Below, in pieces: positions 56,529 to 64,000 of a stretch of 64,000 nt of DNA. Position 1 is the first letter of the stretch. Every line of letters begins with the position of its first letter. The notes beneath the pieces were generated by a model, which saw nothing but the letters and a program-made list of their open reading frames with translations, had not been told where the DNA came from and ran no database searches. The position numbers and the translations under genes are program-made. The DNA comes from Terriglobales bacterium (GTDB lineage Bacteria > Acidobacteriota > Terriglobia > Terriglobales > Acidobacteriaceae), in contig DATJSG010000016.1 of assembly GCA_035504195.1 (NCBI GenBank), positions 284,828-348,827 of the forward strand. The letters are read 5' to 3'.

Positions 56529-58976
56529 ATGAAACCAGAACCAACCAGCGTTACCGTACACCTCACCGGCGGCAAAGAAATTTCATTTGAAACCGGAAAG
56601 CTTGCCAAACAGGCACACGGCGCGGCCGTGGTACGCCTTGGCGAAAACGTCGTTCTCGCCACTGCCGTGGCCAATGCCGACCCGCGCGAGGGCATCGATT
56701 TCTTCCCGCTTACCGTCGATTACCGCGAATACACCTACGCCGGCGGACGCTTCCCCGGCGGCTTCATCAAGCGCGAAGGCCGCATGAGCGAGCGCGAAGT
56801 GCTCACCAGTCGCCAGATCGACCGGCCAGTCAGACCAATGTTCGCCGAGGGATTCAAATGCGAAACCCAGGTCATCGCGTTCGTGCTGTCGGCCGACACC
56901 GATAATGACCCTGATGTGCTCGGCATCAACGGCGCCTCGGCTGCGCTCACGCTCTCCGACATTCCATTTCTCGGACCCATCGGCGCGGTGCGCGTCGGCC
57001 TGGTTAATGGATCGTTCGTCGTCAATCCGACTTACAACGAAATGCGCGAGAGCCTTGTAAACATCATGGTCGTCGGAACTTCCGACGGCATCGTGATGAT
57101 CGAGTCGGGCGCGAAAGAGGTGAAGGAAGAAACGGTGGTCGACGCGATCGAGTTCGGCCACACCGAGATCAAGAAAATCTGCGCCGCGATCAACGATCTG
57201 CGGGCGAAGGCCGGCAAGCCAAAGCGCGTGGTCGAGCCTCCCGTGTTCGACGAAGCGTATTACAACCATCTGCGCAGCAGCGTGGGCGACCAGCTTTCCG
57301 ATGCGCTCGACACCAGGAAGCATCCCAAGGCGGAAAGCTACACGCTGGTCAAAGAGATCAAGAAGAAACTCGCCGCCGAGCTGCCGAAGACCGGCAACGA
57401 AAAGGAAGACGAGGCCGCAAAGAAGAAACTCGATCATTATTACGAAACTCTGCGCGAGCGGATTTTCCGTGAGCAGGTGCTCAACCACAAGCGGCGTCCG
57501 GATGCGCGCGCCTTCGATGAGATCCGCGAAATCTGGATCGAAGCCGGAGTCCTTCCCCGCACCCACGGCAGCGCCATCTTCACCCGCGGTGAAACCCAGG
57601 CCTTAGTCACCACCACTCTCGGCACCAGCGACGACATGCAGCGCCTCGAAGGTTTCGAAGGCGAAGCCAAAAAACGCTTTTTCTTACATTACAACTTCCC
57701 GCCGTTCAGTGTCGGTGAGGTTGCGTTTATGCGGGGGGCGGGGCGTCGTGAGATTGGGCACGGGGCGCTGGCCGAGCGCGCGATTTCGGCGGTGCTGCCG
57801 AGCGAGGAGAAGTGGCCTTATGCCATGCGCGTGGTCTCCGACATTCTGGAGTCGAACGGGTCGTCGTCAATGGCGACGGTTTGCGGCGCTTCGCTTTCGC
57901 TGATGGATGCGGGCGTTCCGTTGAAGGCTCCCGTAGCTGGGGTGGCGATGGGGCTGGTGAAGGAAGGCGAGCAGTACGCCATTCTCAGCGACATTGCGGG
58001 CGCGGAAGATCATTACGGCGACATGGATTTCAAAGTTGCCGGAACGAGCGAAGGCATAACCGCGCTGCAGATGGATATTAAAGTTGCCGGCATCACGGCG
58101 CAGATCATGCGCGAGGCGCTGGCGCAGGCACAGCGCGGACGGATGCACATCCTGGGAAAGATGGAAGAAGTCATCTCAACGGGACGGGCGAAGATTTCCG
58201 ACTATGCACCGCGTTTCTACACGGTGCAGATTCCGGTCGACAAGATTCGCGATCTGATTGGGCCGGGCGGAAAGATGATCCGCTCGATCGTCGAACAGAC
58301 CGGGGTGAAAATCGATGTGGAAGACTCCGGCATCGTGAAGGTAGCATCGAGCGACCAGGCATCGGCGGCGAAAGCGCTGCAGATTATCGGCGACATCACG
58401 GCCACGCCGGAGGTCAACAAGACATATCTCGGGAAAGTCACGCGGCTGGCGGATTTCGGCGCGTTTGTCGAGATCATTCCCGGGACCGAGGGATTGCTGC
58501 ACATTAGCGAAGTCGCGGAGCATCGCATTGCCGATGTCCGCGATGAGTTGAAAGAAGGCGATCAGGTGCTGGTGAAAGTGCTGGCGGTTGAAGGCAACCG
58601 CATCCGGCTGTCGCGTAAGGCGATCCTGAAAGAGCAGCGCGCGAAAATGCAGGGCGGAAGCGGAGACGCTCCGGTGCAGGCTGCGGTGGTGGCGGAAGGT
58701 GAACCGCTTCCGGCGGGTACGGTTGTGATTGAGGGCGGCGGGGACTTCCCTGACGAACCCGATAGCGAGCCGAATTTTAATCGCGAGGGCGCGCCTCTGG
58801 CTGGCGCGATTGGCGGTGGAGATCGTCCTCGCGGAGATCGCGGAGGCGATCGTGGCGGACGCGGCGGACGTCCCGGAGGCGGCGGGCGTGGACGCGGGCG
58901 CGGCGGACGCAATGGCGGACGCGGCGGGCACGGTGGCGGCCACGGCGGACATGGCGGCGGTGGAGGAAGACACTAG
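56529..58976 (+). CDS. pnp: polyribonucleotide nucleotidyltransferase (PNPase) with Arg/Gly/His-rich C-terminal tail
   Basis: It has two RNase PH domains (FPLTVDYREYTYAGGRFPGGFIKREGR; GHGALAERA), a KH domain (IRDLIGPGGKMIRSI) and an S1 domain (GKVTRLADFGAFVEI). These are followed by a roughly 60-aa RGG/HGG tail. Confidence 0.9.
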   Translation: MKPEPTSVTVHLTGGKEISFETGKLAKQAHGAAVVRLGENVVLATAVANADPREGIDFFPLTVDYREYTYAGGRFPGGFIKREGRMSEREVLTSRQIDRPVRPMFAEGFKCETQVIAFVLSADTDNDPDVLGINGASAALTLSDIPFLGPIGAVRVGLVNGSFVVNPTYNEMRESLVNIMVVGTSDGIVMIESGAKEVKEETVVDAIEFGHTEIKKICAAINDLRAKAGKPKRVVEPPVFDEAYYNHLRSSVGDQLSDALDTRKHPKAESYTLVKEIKKKLAAELPKTGNEKEDEAAKKKLDHYYETLRERIFREQVLNHKRRPDARAFDEIREIWIEAGVLPRTHGSAIFTRGETQALVTTTLGTSDDMQRLEGFEGEAKKRFFLHYNFPPFSVGEVAFMRGAGRREIGHGALAERAISAVLPSEEKWPYAMRVVSDILESNGSSSMATVCGASLSLMDAGVPLKAPVAGVAMGLVKEGEQYAILSDIAGAEDHYGDMDFKVAGTSEGITALQMDIKVAGITAQIMREALAQAQRGRMHILGKMEEVISTGRAKISDYAPRFYTVQIPVDKIRDLIGPGGKMIRSIVEQTGVKIDVEDSGIVKVASSDQASAAKALQIIGDITATPEVNKTYLGKVTRLADFGAFVEIIPGTEGLLHISEVAEHRIADVRDELKEGDQVLVKVLAVEGNRIRLSRKAILKEQRAKMQGGSGDAPVQAAVVAEGEPLPAGTVVIEGGGDFPDEPDSEPNFNREGAPLAGAIGGGDRPRGDRGGDRGGRGGRPGGGGRGRGRGGRNGGRGGHGGGHGGHGGGGGRH

Positions 58977-59026
58977 AACCTTCGCCACGGATCTTTATAG
59001 ATATTCACGGATAATCCGATTCAAAG

Positions 59027-59056
59027 AAAGGCCACGGCGCGAGTCGTGGCCTTTTG
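59027..59056. terminator. bidirectional stem-loop terminator between convergent pnp and permease genes
   Basis: AAAGGCCACG-gcgcgagt-CGTGGCCTTTTGT, with A- and T-runs on either side. Confidence 0.6.
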
Positions 59057-59085
59057 TCTAGAGCCGGTTTCAACTGTGAGATGGC

Positions 59086-61596
59086 CTACTCGTACCTCAG
59101 CGCCACCATGGGATCAACTTTGGTTGCGCGGCGCGCTGGAATGTAGCAGGCAAGCCACGCGACGGCGGTTAGCAAGAGCGCGACCCCGGCGAACGTCATG
59201 GCATCGATTGGCTTCACGCCGTACAGGAGAGTAGCGAGGTAACGGGTCGCAGTGAAAGCCACAATGACTCCGACCACTGCGCCCGCAAGAGCCAGCACAA
59301 TCCCTTGCCCAACCACCATGCGCATGACATTGCGCCGCGGCGCGCCCAGCGCCATGCGGATGCCGATCTCGCGTGTGCGGCGAACCACCTCATACGAAAG
59401 CAGGCCATAGAGCCCGATACATGCCAGAGCAAGCGCGAACAAGCCGAAAAGACTTGACAGCCACGCAAACAGCCGTTCCTGATAAAGGTCACGATCCATT
59501 TGTTCGGTTTGTGTCGTGATGTGAGAAGGCGACAAACTGCCGTTTACGCTGCTCAGGGCATTGCGAACCAATGAAATCAGGCCTCTAGGATCGGCCGTGG
59601 TTCTGAGCTCGAAAGCCCCCCAACCTTCTTTGAGTGGAACGTACGCGGTAGGCGTTATCTCATGTCGTACTGCCTGATATTTCGCGTCGCCGACAACGCC
59701 AACGATTCGCCAATCCGCGGTCTTTAAGTTACCCTCGGCAAGAACGCGGTCTAGTGGATTCTGCTTCCCGAACAATCGTCCCGCGAACATTCGGTTGATG
59801 ACCACCGGTTCCGGCTTGGTGTCCGGCTCATAGTCTGCCGCGGCAAACGTCCGCCCGGTGAGCAACGGGATGCGCATGGTCTCGAAGAAATTCGGCCCCA
59901 CGGGAAGCTCTGCGGCTTCCATGTTTTCGGATGCGTTCGGGAGGCGGAAAGAGGTCGTCATGTTGGCGCCGCTCAGTAGCGAGGTCATCGAGTAACTTGC
60001 TGAAGTCACGCCGGGGAGTGCAGCGAGTCGACTCTGTAAATCGCCGTACAGGCTTTGAACTTGCTTACCTTTGTAGCCGCTGAAGGTGGGGTCCAAGTCG
60101 AAAAGAAGAACGTTATGAGTGTCAAAGCCGACGTCCAAAGTTTCAAGATTGACGAGCGTGCGCACTAACAGCCCCGCACCAGCCATCAGCACGAGAGAAA
60201 GCGATACCTGCACCACGACCAGGACGTTGCCAATTCCGAAGCGCCAGCCCCGGCCGAGCAACGAGCTTAACGTGCTGCCAGAATCCTCCTTAAAGCTGGG
60301 CATTACGTCCGCACGCACGCTGCGGAAAGCAGGTGCAAGCCCAAACAGGATTCCAATCAGCACGGAGACGCCGGTGGTGAAACCAAGGACGCGTGCCTCC
60401 GGATGAACGTCCAGGTCGAAGGGCATGAACCAGTTTGACGACAGAAATGCGGTAAGAGAAATCGCGCCCCAATAGGCAAGCACAACCCCCAGCGCGCCAC
60501 CCGCAGCCGCCAGCATCAAGCTTTCCGTCAGAAGCTGGCGGATGATCCTCGATTTGCCCGCACCCAAGGCGAAGCGCACGCCCATCTCCCTCCGTCGGGC
60601 AGTAGCGCGGGCAAGCATCAAACCGGCCACATTGGCGCAGGCAATCAACAGGATGATTCCCACGGCAGTCAGCAGCACGAGGAGCGGCTTCGAGAAGTCT
60701 TGGCGCAGCGTGTCGAGTCCCCGTGCAGCGCTGGGCAGGTCGATGCGTGGTGCGTCGTCTGGTTTGAAGATCGCGTTGGACCCGCTGGCTGCGCTGCGAG
60801 CAAAAATCTCGCTGATCGTCGATTCCGCCTGTGACGCCGTGACGCCCGGTTTCAATCGCGCCCCCATCCAGACCCACAACGCAGCGGCGTCCGTTTTCTT
60901 GGGGAAATCTGGAGACACGCTGGGTTGAAAGCAAAATGGCACCCAAAAGTCGGTTTCGATGCCGGTATTGAGACCGAAAAATCCGCGCGCTGTTATCCCT
61001 ACAACCGTGAAGGGGACTCCATTCACCGTGATTGATTTGCCGAGGACCGAGCGGTCGCCTCCAAAATGCCTCTGCCAGTAGCCGTAGCCGAGCACCAGAG
61101 CCGAGGCTGTGCCGGGAAGGTCATCGCTGGGACCGAGCGTGCGGCCAACCAAGGCATGTGCACCTATCGTCGAGAAGAAGTCGCCGGAGACAAACAAGCC
61201 ACGCGCCTGACTTGGGCGCCCGTCTACGCTCTCCACGTGCGCGGGGACGAAAGCAAAAAGGCCTGAAAATATGTTCTGCTCTGAATGTAGTTGCGCGAAC
61301 ACGGGATAAGAGAACGAGCAGCTTCCGATAGTGACCGCGGGGGAATTATTCGGACACCCAGCCCAGTTATAACTCTGGTGGGTATGGGGATCGTGAAGTG
61401 CGCTCCATCTCAGGAGGACCAGTCGTTGTGGGTCGCGCACCGGCAGGGTGCGCAGCATCACGGCATTGATCAAGCTGAAGATCGCGGTGTTGGCGCCAAT
61501 GCCCAGGGCCAGCGTGACCACGGTGACGGCCGTGAAGCCCGGACTCTTGCGGAGCTGGCGTAGGGCGTAACGTACGTCTTGGAGCACACCAGTCAT
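59086..61596 (-). CDS. ADOP-family duplicated FtsX/MacB-type permease
   Basis: MTGVLQDVRYALRQLRKSPGFTAVTVVTLALGIGANTAIFSLINAVMLRTLPVRDPQRLV is the typical ADOP N-terminus. It is 836 aa with two FtsX-like halves. The RBS is GGGAGGA. Confidence 0.8.
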   Translation of the reverse strand: MTGVLQDVRYALRQLRKSPGFTAVTVVTLALGIGANTAIFSLINAVMLRTLPVRDPQRLVLLRWSALHDPHTHQSYNWAGCPNNSPAVTIGSCSFSYPVFAQLHSEQNIFSGLFAFVPAHVESVDGRPSQARGLFVSGDFFSTIGAHALVGRTLGPSDDLPGTASALVLGYGYWQRHFGGDRSVLGKSITVNGVPFTVVGITARGFFGLNTGIETDFWVPFCFQPSVSPDFPKKTDAAALWVWMGARLKPGVTASQAESTISEIFARSAASGSNAIFKPDDAPRIDLPSAARGLDTLRQDFSKPLLVLLTAVGIILLIACANVAGLMLARATARRREMGVRFALGAGKSRIIRQLLTESLMLAAAGGALGVVLAYWGAISLTAFLSSNWFMPFDLDVHPEARVLGFTTGVSVLIGILFGLAPAFRSVRADVMPSFKEDSGSTLSSLLGRGWRFGIGNVLVVVQVSLSLVLMAGAGLLVRTLVNLETLDVGFDTHNVLLFDLDPTFSGYKGKQVQSLYGDLQSRLAALPGVTSASYSMTSLLSGANMTTSFRLPNASENMEAAELPVGPNFFETMRIPLLTGRTFAAADYEPDTKPEPVVINRMFAGRLFGKQNPLDRVLAEGNLKTADWRIVGVVGDAKYQAVRHEITPTAYVPLKEGWGAFELRTTADPRGLISLVRNALSSVNGSLSPSHITTQTEQMDRDLYQERLFAWLSSLFGLFALALACIGLYGLLSYEVVRRTREIGIRMALGAPRRNVMRMVVGQGIVLALAGAVVGVIVAFTATRYLATLLYGVKPIDAMTFAGVALLLTAVAWLACYIPARRATKVDPMVALRYE

Positions 61597-62346
61597 ACCG
61601 TTTGGTCCTCCCTACTTTACTACGCCGCCACGACGGGATCGACTTCGTGGCACGGCCCGCTGGGACCTGCGGCGCGCGATCTATGGCGGCGACATAGGCG
61701 CCAGGTGAAATCTGTGGGAGCACGGCTTCGACCAAATCTGCGTCAAAAGTAACCTGTTGACTGTAAAAGGGAAATCGAAAGGCTTACTGTGGGAACGAAG
61801 AAGATCATTCTGTCCGCCTAAGAACTCTTCTGTCCGGAAGCGGACAGCAATATTCAGCCTGCTGGGGTTCTTGAAACCGGTCGTTGTTGGAGGATGAAGG
61901 TCAAAATCCCGGCCCATGCGGAGTTTGGGCGGGCAAGCCGTCCTTTTGGTTGGAACCGCATCAAAGCCTCTGAAGGGTGGTGTGCGAGCACTTCGCCCAA
62001 ATCCCTTCTTAGGGAGCGTCGATATGTATCTCGATACGATGATGCTCTTGAAGGTGATGCTGGCTTTGGCGCTTTTTGCCATCATCATGAGCCTGATTCG
62101 GAGGGTGAAGTGAGAGTTACGGCGCGCGCTTAGCCTGTTCTTCTTCTCGTTCCCTTTACCTCCGCCCTCACGTCCGAATAGCCGGAGTCGCTCTTCCAGA
62201 TCCCCGCAGATCCAGCCTGTTCTAACCCGAAGTAACAATCGAACCTGCTGAAGCACGTTCGCGGTCTTGCCGAAGATGACCGCAGAGGGTCTGCGCGCAG
62301 GCTCGAGGTTGCGGCTTGCGCATAAGAACGGCCTTGGGAGGGCTGC

Positions 62347-64000
62347 ATGATAGTGGCTGGAATGGCTTGCGCTGCGCGTCTTCCTGGACGGTCTTGGCCT
62401 GGACGGGCTTGGCCTGGACGGGCTTTGGCTGGATGGGCTTTGACTTCGCGCCTCATCGCGCCAGCCAACCGCCGCATCTGCTCCAGACCGTGGTTCGTTA
62501 TTTTTCTCTCATTTGCCTTGGCGTCAGCTCTAGCATTCCCTTTATTTGTGGCAACGGCGCGCGCGCAGGACGCGACGAAGGATGGGGCTAAGGATGCACC
62601 AAAACTCGCAACTCAGGATCTGGGACAAGCCAGCCTTGAAGAACTGGGAACCATTCAGGTTTACAGCGCCTCGAAACATCTGCAGAACGCCAGCGACGCG
62701 CCGTCCTCGGTGACGGTCGTTACAGCGGATGAAATTCAGAAATACGGCTATCGCACCTTGGCCGACGTTCTGGAGAGTGTGCGCGGCTTTTTCATCACCT
62801 ACGACCGCGACTACACCTTCGTGGGCGTGCGCGGCTTTGGACGCCTGGGGACATGGAACAGCAGCATCCTGCTGTTGGTCGACGGACACCGCATCAACGA
62901 CAACGTTCTGGGCGACGGCTTAGTGGGGCCGGAGTTTCTGGTGGATCTGGATCTGGTCGATCGCGTGGAAATTATCCGCGGGCCCAGTTCGTCGCTCTAC
63001 GGGGCGCAGGCGTTTCTGGCTGTCATCAATGTGATTACCCGCAAGCCGGCGCAACTCAAAGGGGTGGAGGTGTCGTTTGCGCCGGGCAGTTTTGAAACCT
63101 ACCAGGGACGAGCGACTTACGGCAGCCAGTATAAAGAGATCGGGATGCTGCTCTCGGGCACGTTTTATAACAGCCAGGGACCGACTCTGTTTTTTCCGCA
63201 GTTCGACAGCCCCGCCACCAATAACGGGATTACAAGCAACACGGACTACGAAAACTTCCAGCACCTGCTGGCGACGATCAGTTTTCGCGGATTTACTCTG
63301 CAGGGCTTGTTCAGCGCGCGCGACAAGGGAGTGCCTACGGGATACTTTGGCTCGGTGTTCAATAATCCCGGCACTTTCAATCGGGACTACCACCAGTACT
63401 TCGACCTGAGCTACCAGCATTCCGTCGCCGAGAAGTGGGATGTGACCGCCCGCACTTCTTATGACCAGACGCGCCTGCAAGGTCCGGTCGTGTACGCTGC
63501 TGGACCGCCCGCCGGATCGACGGCGGTCGATACGTATTCATTCCGCGGGAACTGGTGGGACAGCGAGGCAAAATTAAGCGGCACCCTGTTCGACAAACAT
63601 AGAATCACACTGGGCACGGAGATCACGGATAATCTGCGGCAGGATCAAGGGAACCTGTTCGAAGGCGTCTTTACCCCGGATCCTGAGAGCTCGGTGATCT
63701 GGGCGCTCTACGGGCAGGATGAATTCGCCATCGCCCGAAAGTTCGCGCTGAGCGCCGGGGTTCGCTACGATCATTATTCCAATTTTGGCGGGACGACCAA
63801 TCCGCGGCTAGGGCTGATTTATCATCTGTTCCACCCCACCACCTTGAAGCTGCTTTACGGAACGGCCTTCCGCGCACCCGAACCCTATGAACTCACGCCG
63901 GATTTCGGATCCTTCTACGACGATAATCCGAAGCTGGGACCAGAGAGGATCCGGAGCATCGAAGGAGTCGTGGAGCAGGGGCTCGGAGCACATCTCACGC
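62347..64000 (+). CDS. TonB-dependent receptor (N-terminal part; continues beyond window; start uncertain)
   Basis: Not in the ORF track because no stop falls in the window. My frame-1 translation gives a signal-like ...WFVIFLSFALASALAFPLFVATARAQD. The plug follows: VTVVTADEIQKYGYRTLADVLESVRGF...VDGHRINDN...VEIIRGPSSSLYGAQAF. KLLYGTAFRAPEP comes later. The frame is open to 64000. Confidence 0.8.
   Translation, partial: MIVAGMACAARLPGRSWPGRAWPGRALAGWALTSRLIAPANRRICSRPWFVIFLSFALASALAFPLFVATARAQDATKDGAKDAPKLATQDLGQASLEELGTIQVYSASKHLQNASDAPSSVTVVTADEIQKYGYRTLADVLESVRGFFITYDRDYTFVGVRGFGRLGTWNSSILLLVDGHRINDNVLGDGLVGPEFLVDLDLVDRVEIIRGPSSSLYGAQAFLAVINVITRKPAQLKGVEVSFAPGSFETYQGRATYGSQYKEIGMLLSGTFYNSQGPTLFFPQFDSPATNNGITSNTDYENFQHLLATISFRGFTLQGLFSARDKGVPTGYFGSVFNNPGTFNRDYHQYFDLSYQHSVAEKWDVTARTSYDQTRLQGPVVYAAGPPAGSTAVDTYSFRGNWWDSEAKLSGTLFDKHRITLGTEITDNLRQDQGNLFEGVFTPDPESSVIWALYGQDEFAIARKFALSAGVRYDHYSNFGGTTNPRLGLIYHLFHPTTLKLLYGTAFRAPEPYELTPDFGSFYDDNPKLGPERIRSIEGVVEQGLGAHLT
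62380..62437. repeat. imperfect 15-bp tandem repeat (about 4 units)
   Basis: The units are CTTCCTGGACGGT, CTTGGCCTGGACGGG, CTTGGCCTGGACGGG and CTTTGGCTGGATGGG. They lie in the 5' region of the TonB-dependent receptor ORF. Confidence 0.7.

Noticed and set aside
56583-58988. Two long minus-strand ORFs (327 aa and 270 aa) inside pnp.
   Set aside because: They are antisense to an unambiguous PNPase gene, so they are high-GC frame artefacts.
61597-62346. A cobalamin riboswitch or PadR gene upstream of the TonB-dependent receptor and ADOP permease.
   Set aside because: I looked for a B12-box-like sequence and for PadR-like wHTH translations in all three minus-strand frames and found neither. Without a covariance-model scan I cannot exclude other RNA motifs.
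62380-62437. The tandem repeat as a CRISPR array.
   Set aside because: The units are 15 bp and directly adjacent without spacers, and no cas genes are present. It is a simple tandem repeat.

Overview
This is a high-GC bacterial chromosomal window. It is probably Acidobacteriota (Terriglobia-like). That guess rests on an ADOP-type duplicated FtsX permease, a GWxTD protein and several short palindromic repeat families, all recognised from memory; no database search was run. Most of the window is housekeeping or envelope genes. These include glnA (partial), an arginine-to-putrescine gene set (pdaD, aguA, aguB) with a deoxyhypusine-synthase-like gene, tadA and tRNA-Ser. There is also a circularly permuted ATP-grasp / alpha-E / transglutaminase triad, an RsbW/RsbV pair, higBA, queF and an adaptor-TPR-TolC trio. 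A muropeptide-recycling block (beta-lactamase-fold::NamZ fusion, serine hydrolase, murQ, murA), rpsO-pnp, an ADOP permease and a partial TonB-dependent receptor complete it. The stand-out feature is a 12.2-kb segment (12541-24753) bounded by a perfect 20-bp inverted repeat. Its IS4-like transposase gene survives only as an N-terminal fragment at the left end and a possible short C-terminal remnant at the right end. Between these remnants lie 11 intact genes in two divergent operons, most of whose gene junctions overlap. One operon has two B12-binding radical SAM paralogs, two GNAT-like proteins and a GH3 adenylating enzyme. The other has an AurF-like diiron protein, a membrane desaturase, a membrane hexapeptide acyltransferase, a PAP2 protein, a Rieske oxygenase and an NTF2-like anchored protein. 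I read this as an uncharacterised, IS-bounded pathway for modifying a lipid or acyl-amino-acid metabolite; the product cannot be deduced from the sequence. Secondary observations include REP-like hairpins embedded in frame inside aguA, an RGG/His-Gly tail on PNPase, and a His-rich N-terminus on the DHS-like protein. Others are a stand-alone nuoI-like gene, several repeat families, and a consensus promoter that implies a leaderless higBA transcript. Long antisense ORFs typical of high-GC DNA were rejected.
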